Source: the human T2T-CHM13v2.0 reference genome, Homo sapiens. Taken from it: 64,000 nucleotides of DNA. The stretch lies in NCBI RefSeq assembly GCF_009914755.1, contig NC_060929.1. The stretch is one strand, 5' to 3'. This document shows, one piece after another, positions 13,890 through 26,700 of the stretch. A program made the position numbers and the translations under genes. Within the stretch, counting starts at the first letter, position 1; every line of letters starts with the position of its first letter. The notes beneath the pieces are model-generated. The model saw nothing but the letters and a program-made list of their open reading frames with translations, did not search any database and was not told where the DNA came from.

Positions 13890-15015
13890 CATTTTCAGTG
13901 AGTTCTACACACATCTTGCAATATCAGTAATCTCCATTCAGCTCACAGTTTCTTAGCAGGTGCTCTCTGTCATACCTTGCAAAGTCTTTTCCTAAACATG
14001 AGAAGCTAACTTTTTTGGTCAGTGATTCAAGGGGAAACCTAAGCAGTTTCCTGGGGTGCTCCTTCTTTGAATTTCTCCTTCCTTTCTGGTGCCCAGCTCT
14101 TCAAATTTTAGCTACTTCAGAAGCTATAGGCATGAGGATACTCCGCAAAAGAGGTACATGCCCTAATGTTTGGAACCTGTGAATATATGACGTTACGTGG
14201 CAAAAGATAGTCTGCAAATATAATTAAGGTGGCAGAGTTTACATAGGGAGATGATCTTGCATTGTACAGGTGTATCCAATCTAATCATACAAGCCCTTAA
14301 AAACATAGCACTTTCTCCACTTAATCAGAAAGATGTAACAGAAGGGGAAATCAGAGAGATTTGAATGTGAGAAGTACTTGACATGCCCTTGCAAGCTTTG
14401 AAGATGGAAAGGCAATATGATAAGGAATGCTTGTGGCCTTGAGATGAAAGAAGCTCCTAGCTGACAGCCAGCAAGGAAACAGAGACCTTAGCTCTTTAAT
14501 CTCAAGGAACTAAATTTTACCAAAAACCTGAATGGGTTTGGAAGTGGATTCTTCCTAGAGCCTACAGAAAGTAACGTTGCCCTGCCAACACTTTGGTTTT
14601 GGTCTTATGAGACCGTAAGTGGAGAATTGGCTGATTCATGCAGTACCCAGATTTCTGATTCATGGAAACTGTGATACAATAAATGTGTATTGTTTTAAGC
14701 CACTAAACTTGTGTGAATTTGTTACAGCAGCAATAGAAAATTAATACAACACTCATAAATTCCAATATCTTTTCCCAGAAAGATTACTGCTTTGTTTAGG
14801 CTCCACTTCTCTGTGCCATGGTTTGAAAAGTGCCCCCAGGAAGAATGCGGCTTTTGCCTCATGTTTTTCTTTTCTCTCAAGGATTATAGCTTCATATTAC
14901 CATTGCCTAATGTCTGAATATAGATACTTCATATACTTTGTTCAGTTTTGTAGTTGTTTATAGCAGGATGGTAAGTCTAATTTCACTTACTCCATCATGT
15001 CTGAAACTATGAATT
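13890..15015 (-). mobile_element. old L1ME-type 5' region, split by an MLT1 LTR
   Basis: Ends cttactccatcatgtctgaaactatgaattc, resembling old L1M 5' termini. Confidence 0.55.
14125..14748 (+). mobile_element. MaLR solo LTR (MLT1E-like)
   Basis: ggaacctgtgaatatatgacgttacgtggcaaaaga…ctgacagccagcaaggaaac…gttacagcagcaatagaaaattaataca. Confidence 0.9.
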
Positions 15016-15019
15016 CAAA

Positions 15020-16870
15020 TAGATTTCTGATTCATGGTATGGTATTTATTTTTGTTTGTTCTTTGTTTTGTTTCTGAGAGCTTGAGAGCTTTTAGAAACA
15101 TGTCATTTTGTTTTTTTTTGTTTTGTTTTGTTTTACCAGAGGTTTGAAATTTCATGATAACATGAGTTAGTGTGGGTCTTTTCCCATTTGTTGTGCTGTA
15201 CAAATGCCCATCAACTTAGAAACAAGTTTTTAAATTCTGGGCAATTTATTTAAACTATTTCTTTGACAGTTTCCTTCTCTCTGTACACTCTTCTATTTTT
15301 CTTGAATATATGTTGCAGTTGGTCACTATTGTTCAAATCATATAAATCCTTATTGAGTTTTTGTTCTTCTATCAATTAAAAAGAGATAGGTGTTAAAATA
15401 TTCAACTTTATGGATTTCCCTATTTCTTCCTTTAGTTCTGGAAGATGTTTCTTTGAGTATTTTGAAGCTCACTCATTAAGTTCATATACATATAGAAATG
15501 TTACTATTAAGAATTAATATTGCCTATTAAGAAATTTCCCTCTTTATCTCTAGTAATACTCCTCGTCTTGAAGCCTACTTTATCTAGACTCATGTGCTTT
15601 AGATGAGTTTATTTACTATTTTTTGTAGTGCAGGCTGGCTGATGATGAATTATCTTAGCCTTAGTTTATTTAAAAATGTCTTTGTTTTGTACTTCTTGAA
15701 AGATAGTGTTATGGGCTGACAGTTTTTTTTCTTTTAGCATATTAAAGGTATTATTCCATTGTATTTGGTCCTTCATTATTTGTTGATGAGATGCCAGTCA
15801 TCATTTATATCATTGAGTCCCTAGTAGTGGGTGTGTGGGTTTTTTTTTCTTGCTGTTTGTTTTTAAGATTTCTCTTCTTTGGTTTTCAGCATTTGACTAT
15901 GATATCCCTAGGTATGTGTTTCTCTGTACTTGTCTTATTGCTAAGCTTCTTCCATTCATGTGTTTATATTTTCTTCAAATACCTTTTCTGCCTCATTCTC
16001 TCTCTCACCTCCTTTCGGCATTTCCGTCATGCACATACTAGACTTTAATATTGTTCCAGAGTTCACTGAAATTCTGTTTATTTCAATACTTTTTGTCTCT
16101 TTCCTTCAAATTGGATAACTTCAGTTGCTTGAACTTCAAATTTATTGATGTTTTCTATTGCCCTACATAATCTTGTGTTAAACTTCTTTAGCAAAATTTA
16201 CATCCTCAATACAGTACTTGTGATTTCTAGAATTTTTATTTTGCTTATTTTCATAATTTCCATTTCTCTGCTGAGATTTCTGATATGTTAATCTTTATTA
16301 CTATACTTTTCCTGTAAGCCTTTGAACATATAGAATTTTTGATGTTTTGAAATTTTTCCCTGATAATTTCATTATCTGTGTCATCTCATATTCCCTTCTT
16401 ATTGATTTTTTTCTTAACGATAGATCACACATTGATTTTCTAGGGAAAGTCTCCAGGAAAGTGGAAGTGTTTACCAAGCCCCTCTAAGTTGGGTAACTCC
16501 AAACCCTGTCTCCCTTGTGGTGAGTAACATCTGGAACCAACACTGAATTCTTTTAGCTGATGTTTAGTTGATGTTACCCACGCAATCTTCTTTCAATCTT
16601 CCATGTGGAGATGTAATCCTGGGAATTAGTCAAGATTTGAATTGAGTTATATGTAGACTTAGTTCTCTGCTGTGCTTACCTCCTTTTGAATGTTCTTCTC
16701 ATCAATTTTCAGTCTGGGATTCATCTTCTAGCACCTCAAGCTCAATTCTAACTTCTGCATCATGAGCACTGCTGAATGTATTTCAAATTAAAGCCATGTA
16801 ATCATTCATTTCACTCAGGATGCTTCACTTTCTTCAAAGGTCAAATCCCTCTAGGATCTCTCAGCTTTTG
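15020..16870 (-). mobile_element. old L1M fragments (ORF2 start / ORF1 / 5' UTR)
   Basis: T-rich antisense L1M text, e.g. tttccctctttatctctagtaatactcc…gtcttgaagcctactttatc and ggttttcagcatttgactatgat. Confidence 0.7.
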
Positions 16871-16959
16871 GCTACTCTCTTTTTTATTTTTATTTATTTT
16901 TAAAACAAATTTGGGAAAGGGATAGTAGAGTACTAAATGCTGACTTTCACAATAACATT

Positions 16960-19900
16960 TTTAATTATGATCTAAATGAGTGTCACTAATGTGTTAAAAG
17001 TCTTTTGTATTTTAATTCCTACAACATTGTAGTTGCTTATTCTAAAAGTTTATTCATACATTCTTTGGGTTTCTCCATAGAAAAATATTATATGTGAATA
17101 ACTATCATTTATTTCATCCTTTTTTGTTTTTTAAATGTCTTTTAACAATCTTAATGATTTTAAATGTTTGATCTTAATGCATTGCTAAGAACAGTCACAT
17201 AAAAGTAGTGATAGTGCATAAATATTGTTTTTGATGTTAAAAGAAACAATTTAAATAGTTCAACATTGTGTTGCTGTAGGTTTTTATAGATATTCTTTAA
17301 GCAAGCTTTCTTCTTTTTTATCATAATGTTAATTATATTTTGTTATCTATAGAATTAATTACTATTTTTCTACTTTTAATCTTGTAAACTGGCAAATTAC
17401 ATTAATTGCTTGCTTAATGTTAAACCAATTTTGCATTCTTGGGAAAATCCCAATTAGTTCACAATATAGTATCTTTTTCATTCATTGCTAAATTAGGTTT
17501 GTTATTATATTTTTAGAATTTTTGCATCAGTGTTCCTGAGTGATTGTTCTTTGTAATTTTCTTTTTATGTTCTCTTTATTAAGCTTTGTTCTCAAGGTTA
17601 TACTTGCTCCTTACAATGAGCTGGAGACTGCTTGCTTTATTTCTATACATTGTCATAGTGTGTATAAAACTGCCATTATTTGGTTTTGGCTTGCATTCAC
17701 CAGTAAAATTGTCTGGGAAAAAATTAAACCACTAGTTCATTATTTCTTAATGTTTATAGGATTTTTGTGGCTTCTCTTTATCTTTGACAAACTTGTTATT
17801 TCATCTAAATTTTTGTGTTTATGGACATAAAGTAATCATATCCTCTTATCTGCTTAATATCTGCTGCACTGATTTTTATGTATAGTTTTCTTTTTTATTT
17901 CTAATACTGTTCGTTTGTGCCTTGTCTTTTTTTACTATGGTAAGTTTAGGCATCAGTTAATTAAATTTATTATACAGCTCAAAAGACTAGTTATACATTT
18001 CTTATGTTTATCATTTCATTTCTTTTTGGGGGGAGGTCTATTCTTTGTTGTGTGTTAATCTCTTAACTTAAATGCCTAATGTGTAATTTTGAATGTCTCT
18101 TATTTCCTATTACAAGCATTTGAAATATACATTTTTTACAAATATCTGTGATAGCTGTATTCCATGAATTTTTTACGTACTATTTTTATTATAACTCACT
18201 TCTAAAATATTTAGAATTTTTAATTATCATTTTTCTGTGATTCGTAAATTTTAAAAAGAGTGTTATCTTTGAAATTTTGATTTTTAAATTGATTTTCTTA
18301 TGAACAGAAAACAACAACAACAAATTGTCTTTATGATACAAATCTTTCCAATTTCTTGAGACTTGCTTCATGACTCAGTGGTCAGTTTTCATAATACTCT
18401 ATGCATCCTTGAAAATAATGGGTATTTTCCATTTGTTATATGCCATTACTTCACATTTACATCAAGTTGTTTGTCCTCTAATTACTGATTTTGTATTGTT
18501 CTAGATCTATAAAAGTTAAAGAAAAATGTATATGAAAATCTAAGCACATTGGGTGATTTTTCAATTCCTTTTTAAAAAGTATTTCTCAGTTTGATTCATA
18601 TATTTTGGAGCTAATTTGGATGTATCCAAGTTTAGAAATGGTAAATCTTCCTGACCTATATTTTCTTTACAGATGCTTTTTGACTTAAAGTCTATATATT
18701 CTTATATTAATAATGGCATACATGGTTGATTTTGAGTAGCAATTTCCCAATATATATCCTGTATTTTTCTTTATTTTTATATTTAAATAGAAGGCAATCA
18801 TCAGAATTTTTTTTGGTTGCTATTTTTGCATAGGTATATATTTACTTCAGTCAGGTAAACTTGTCTTTACTTACATTTATTATTATCACTCTTATTTTTT
18901 ATTTGTTTCTATCATCTTATTTCATACTTTCTATTCATTCTACCTTTACTAAATTTGCTTTTCTATTTTTCTTTTTGTCTTTTGTTTGTATGTGTGTGTT
19001 TGTTTTAAACTTTCAAACCTCTGTTCTTATAGAAGCTATATTCTCAATGGGCTTTTTATTTATAGTTAACCTAGACATTTTAATATCCATTCTTTGTGAA
19101 ATTAAATACTTTAAGCCTAAAGCTGTTGGAACTTTAAACTATTGAGCCTTGAGAAAAATGTGACTATGTGGCCTGAGTCACATAGCATAAGCTCCAGCTT
19201 CTGCTTCTACAATTATAGATTAATTCCCTTTCTTATTCTTGTACTGTGGATGATTAGGAAAGACTGAACTGTGCCAGGGGTAAGAGCCCCCTTGAGTCCA
19301 CTACCCCTCCTTATGGAATGTTAAAGCAATCTTCCTTGGAATGTAACAAACTGTAACTGATCAAATTGCTGTAATGTATGTATTGGCCTTGTGTGGAAAA
19401 TGCTGCAACCCTGTTAAGTTTCTCTCTCTTTGCTTATATAAGCGAAGCCTTAACTTCCCTCCTTAGGAGCACTGACTACATTCGTTTGGAGTCTATGTTA
19501 TCCAGGTAGCCATGATCACATTTTGTAATCTAATAAACTCTATAATTAATCATATTTTCTAATTTTCATTATTTAAGGCTGACATTTTATTTGAAAATCA
19601 AAAGTCAGTTAACAATTTTACATTCTTCTTGAATAATTTGAAGGTCTTAGAATCTGTTAACAGTCATAACACTTCTCCACTCTTACGTGACATTTATTTC
19701 TATCCCATTTGTTTTTAACCCCACATAACAGTATTTACATTCAATGTTTGTTTAAATTAATCTTCATATTTCTCTTATTTCCATTTCAGTATTCCTTCAT
19801 GCATTTCAGATGACCATTATGGATTATTTTCCTTCGGCTTGAAAATTTTGGAATTTCTTGGTTCTATTCATGCCAAACTTAAGTTTGTGTGTGTTTAAAA

Positions 19901-20484
19901 AATTCATATATTTTACCCTAATTCTTGGAAGTTATTTTCTCTGTGAATACAATTCTAGAATGACAGTTATTTTCTTTAAGGACATTGGAGAGACCATTTA
20001 TTTGTTGTCTGGTTTTTATTCCTGTTATTGAGAAACCAGCTTTCAGTCTTATTTTTATTCCTATGTAGGAAATTTGTCTTTTAAATTTTTCTTTAGTGTT
20101 CTTAAATTCTTCTTTGTCTTTGGTGCTGTGTGGGTTTTTTTTTTTTTTCTAATATATTATCCAGAGCATGGATTTCTTTTTATTTATTGTGCTCTGGATT
20201 AACTAGATTTATTATATCAGCAGGATGATATCTATCAACATATTGGAAAATCTTCAGTAATATTGTCTTGAAAATTGCCCTTTTTTTACTTTGTCTTTTC
20301 ACCCTTTTTGGAACTCTCATGTGAGAGTTCCTTTCTCATGTCTCTTAAATTCTTTTTTATATTTTGATTTCCTTATCTCTCTGTGCATTACATGCACACA
20401 TGTAGACATGCAATAGTGATATACATCTAGTATTATATATACCTCTAATATATAATCAATTGTTTAATCAAGTGATGAATTTGT
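16960..20484 (-). mobile_element. old L1M/L1ME scaffold hosting younger insertions
   Basis: aatgttaaaccaattttgcattcttgggaaaatcccaa…ttttgcatcagtgttcctgag and other ORF2/ORF1 antisense remnants; appears to continue at 23152-23340 and beyond 30895. Confidence 0.7.
19095..19584 (+). mobile_element. ERV1 solo LTR (MER57-like)
   Basis: TG…CA ends (tgtgaa…gctgaca), agcctaaagctgttggaactttaaa, TATATAA near 19435, AATAAA at 19532, AP-1 site TGAGTCA at 19174-19180. Confidence 0.75.
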
Positions 20485-20800
20485 AAAATTTTGATCTTTT
20501 TTATTATTATTATACTTTAAGTTTTAGGATACATGTGCACAACGTGCAGGTTTGTTACATATGTATACATGTGCCACGTTGGTGTGCTGCACCCATTAAC
20601 TCTTCATTTAGCATTAGGTATATCTCCTAATGCTATCCCTGCCCTCTCCCCCAACCCCACAGCAGTCCCTGGTGTGTGATGTTCCCCTTCCTGTGTCCAT
20701 GTGTTCTCATTGTTCAATTCCCACCTATGAGTAAGAACATGTGGTGTTTGGCTTTTTGTCCTTGTGATAGTTTGTTGAGAATGATGGTTTCCAGCTTCAT

Positions 20801-22531
<1,731 letters not shown>

Positions 22532-22671
22532 GTTATTGCTGTCTTTTTTTTTGTCTGTGCCCTGCCCCCAGAGGTGGAGCCTACAGAGGCAGGCAGGCCT
22601 CCTTGAGCTGTGGTGGGCTCCACCCAGTTCGAGCTTCCCTGCGGCTTTGTTTACCTGCTCAAGCCTGAGCA

Positions 22672-22890
22672 ATGGCGGCCCCCCTCCCCCAGCCTTGCTG
22701 CTGCCTTGCAGTTTGATCTCAGACTGCTGTGCTAGCAATAAGTGAGGTTCTGTGGGCGTAGGACCCTCCAAGCCTTGTGCGGGATATAATCTCCTGGTGT
22801 GCCGTTTGTTAAGCCCATTGGAAAAGCGCAGTATTAGGGTGGGAGTGACCCGATTTTCCAGGTGCCATCTGTCACCCCTTTCTTTGACTA
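22672..22890 (+). pseudogene. L1 ORF0 remnant in the antisense-promoter region
   Basis: ATG at 22672. Peptides PCSLISDCCASN and VGVGPS…IRVGVTRFSRC match ORF0. 1-bp frameshift near the start and TGA at 22743-22745. Confidence 0.8.
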
Positions 22891-23340
22891 GGAAAGGGAA
22901 CTCCCTAACCCCTTGTGCTTCCAGGGTGAGGCGATGCCTTGCCCTGCTTTGGCTCATGCACGGTGCACTGCACCCACTGTTCTGCACCCACTGTCCAGCA
23001 CTCCCCAGTGACATGAACCCAGTACCTCAGTTGGAAATGAAGAAATCACCCATCTTCTGTGTCACTCACGCTAGGAGCTGTAGACTGGAGCTGTTCCTGT
23101 TTGGCCATCTTGGCTCCATCCCCAGAATCTAATTTTCAAAATTTTGATCTTAAAATGTTTTTATAAGTTTCATTTACTCATTTTTATGATTTCTTATTTC
23201 TCATTCTGTCAGTTTGGACTTTTATTATTTAATATTAATTTTGTTATTTTTCATGTTTGAATATTTTATACTTCAAATTTTAAAATATGTTTTACACTAT
23301 TTCACACATATATTTTAAAGTAAAATTTATGACATGCCAT

Positions 23341-23758
23341 TGTTTTGGGCTGAGCTTGTGCAGTAGGCTCCAACAGAGCAGAGCAAAATACAATCACTAG
23401 TGTCATATAATCAAACTGAAGCCTTAAAAAAGATAAAAAGAAGAATCCTCAACATACCAGCTTTTCCTTAAAACAGGATATTACAGCAACTAATAAAAAA
23501 GGGCCCAGTTAACCTGAGCCAGCATAATATGGAAGTCCTCTCCGTTTGAAATCTATCAGGAAAGTGTCTTTAAAGTGACCAACCTTTTTATTCCTTGTTT
23601 CTGCTTTTTCAGCTCTTTTCTGCCTGTGAAGCCCACCTCCTCTGCTCTGCTCATCAGAGCACCTTTTCTAAATCCTTAAAATGGATGCTGCCTGACTCAT
23701 GAACTTCTAGTAAAAGCAATTAGATTTTATAATTAAATTTGTTGAAAATTTTTAAACA
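23341..23758 (+). mobile_element. ERV1 (MER4-group-like) solo LTR
   Basis: tgtt…aaca termini; taggctccaacagagc…taatcaaactgaa…gcccacctcctctgctctgctcat. Flanks CCAT / CTGT. Confidence 0.7.
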
Positions 23759-23776
23759 CTGTATTTCTACAAACTT

Positions 23777-26700
23777 TATTATTATTATTACTATCTAATA
23801 GTTTTTGAGGAACGAGTGGTGTTTGGTTAAATGGATAAATTATTTAGTGGAGATTTCTGAGATTTTGGTGCACCCATCAACCAAGCAATGTGTACTGTAC
23901 CCAATGTGTAGTTTTTTATCCCTCATGGCCTCCCCACCTCCCGCTCAAGTCCCCAGAGTCTATCATATCATTCTCATGCCTTTGCATTCTCATAGCTTAG
24001 CTCTCTCTTAGTAAGTGAGAACATATGATGTTTGGCTTTCCATTCCTGAGTTACTTAACTTAGAATAATGGTCTCAAACTCCATCCATGTTGCTGTGAAT
24101 GCTATTATTTCATTTCTTTTTATGGCTGAGTAGTATTCCATAGTATATATACTCACCACATTTTCTTTATCCACTCATTGGTTAATGAGCCTTTTGGCTG
24201 CCTCCATATTTTTGCAGTTGCAAACTGTGTTGCTATAAACATGTGTTTGGAAGTGTCTTTTTCATATAATGACCTCTTTTCCTCTGGGTAGATATCCAGT
24301 AGTGGGATTGCTGGGTCAAATTGTAGTTCTACTTTTAGTTCTTTAAGGAATCTCCATACTGTTTTCCATAGTGGTTGTACTAGTTTATGTTCTCACCAAC
24401 AGTGTGAAAGTGTTCCTTTTTCACCACATCCATGCCAACATCTATTTTTTTTTTATTTTTTAATTATGCCATTCTTGCAGGAGAAAGGTAGTATTGCATT
24501 GTAGTTTTTGACTTGCTTTTCCCTGGTAATTAGTGATGTTGAGCATTTTCTCATGTATTTGTTGGCCATTTGTATATCTTCTTTTGAGAATTGTCTATGT
24601 CCTGCACCCATTTTTTGATGGGATTGTTTTTCTCTTACTAATTTGTTTCAGTTCCTTGTAGATTTTGGATATTCGTCCTTTGTCGGATGCATAGTTTGCG
24701 AAAATTTTCTTCCACTCTCTGGGTTGTCTGCTAACTCTGCTGATTATCTCTTTTGCTGTGCAGAAGCTTTTTAATTTAATTAAGTCTCATCTATTTATCT
24801 TTTTTTTTGTTGCATTTGCTTCTGGGTTCTTGGTCATGAACTTTTTGCCTAAGGTAATATCTAGAAGAGAGTTTCCCATGTTATCTTGTACAATTTTTAT
24901 GGTTTCAGGTCTCAGATTTAAGTCTTTGATCCATCCTGAGTTGAGTTTTGTAGAAGATGAGAGATGAGGATCCAGTTTCATTCTTCTACATGAGGCTTGC
25001 CAGTTATCTCATCATCATTTGTTCAATAGGCTGTTCTTTCCCCACTTTATGTTTTTGTTTGCTTTGTCAAAGATCAGTTGGCTGTAAGTTTTTATCTTTA
25101 TTTCTGGGTTCTCTATTATGTTCCATTGGTCTATGTGCCTATTTTTATACCCATACTATACTGTTTTGGTGACTATAGCCCTGTAGTATAGTTTGAAGTC
25201 AGGTAATGTGATGCCTCCAGGTTTGTTCTTTTAGCTTCGTCTTTCTTTGGCTGTGTAGGCTCTTTTTTGGTCCTGTGTGAATTTTAGGATTGTTTTTTCT
25301 AGTTCTGTGAAGAATGATGATGATATTTTGATAAGAAATTCAGTGAATTTATAAATGGCTTTTGGCAGTATGGTCATTTTTACAATGTTGATTCTACCCA
25401 TCCATTAGCATGGGATGTGTTTCTCATTTGTTTATGTCATTTGTGATTTCTTTCAGCAATGTTTTGTTGTATTCACTGTAGAGGTCTTACTCCTCCTTGG
25501 TTAGGTATATTCCTAAGTATTTTATTTTAATTTTCAGCTATTGTAAAAGGGGTTCAGTTCTTGATTTGATTCTCAGCTTGCTTGCTGTTGGTGTATAGCA
25601 ATGCAACTGATTTGTGTATATTAATTTTGTATCCTGAAAGTCTACTGAATTCATTTACCAGATCTAGGAGCTTTTAAAATGAGTCTTTAGGGTTTTCTAG
25701 GTATACAATCGTATCATCAGCAAACAGTGACAGTTTGACTTTCTCTTTACCAATCTGGATGTCCTTCATTTCTTTCTCTTGTCTGATTGCTCTGGCTAGG
25801 ACTTCCAGTACTATGTTGAATAGAAGCGGTAAAAGTGGGCATCCTTGTCTTGTTTTGGTTCTCAGGGAGAATGCTTTCAACTTTTCCCTTTTCAATATAC
25901 TTACTGTTGGCTGTGGGTTTGTCATCGATGGCTTTTATTACCTTAAGGTATGTCCCTTCTATGCCAATTTTGCTAAGGGTTTTATTCTTAAAGCAATGCT
26001 GGATTATGTCAAATGTTTTTTCTGCATCTATTGAGATGATCGTGTGATTTTTGTTTTTACTTCTGTTTATGTGGTGTATCACATTTATTGACTTGCATAT
26101 GTTAAACCAACCCTGCATCTCTTGTATAAAACTGACTTGATCATGGAGTATTGTCTTTTTGATATGCTGTTGGATTCAGTTAGCTGGTATTTCGTTGAGG
26201 ATTTTTGCATCTATGATCATCAGGGATCTTGGTCTGTAGTTTTCTTTCTTTTGCTACATTCTTTCCTGGTTTTAGTATTAGGGTAATGCTGGCTTAATAG
26301 AATGATTTGGGGAGGGTTTCTTCTTTCTCTATTTTTTTGGAATAGTTTAAGTGAGATTGGTACTAATTCTTCTTTGAATGTCTGATAGAATTCAGCTGTG
26401 AATCCATCTGGTCCTGGATTTTTTTTTGGCAATTTTTAAATTACTGTTTCAATCTCACTACTTGTTATTGGTCTGTTTAGAGTTTCTATTTCTTCCTGGT
26501 TTAGTTGAAGAGGGTTGTATATTTCTAGAAATTTATCCATCTCCTCTAGATTTTCTAGTTTCTGCACATAAAGATATCCATAGTAACCTTGAATGATCTT
26601 TTGTATTTCTGTGGTATCAGTTGTAATATCTCCTATTTAGTTTCTGACTGAGCCTATTTCAATCTTCTCTCTTCTTTTCTTGGTTAACCTCTATAAAGGT

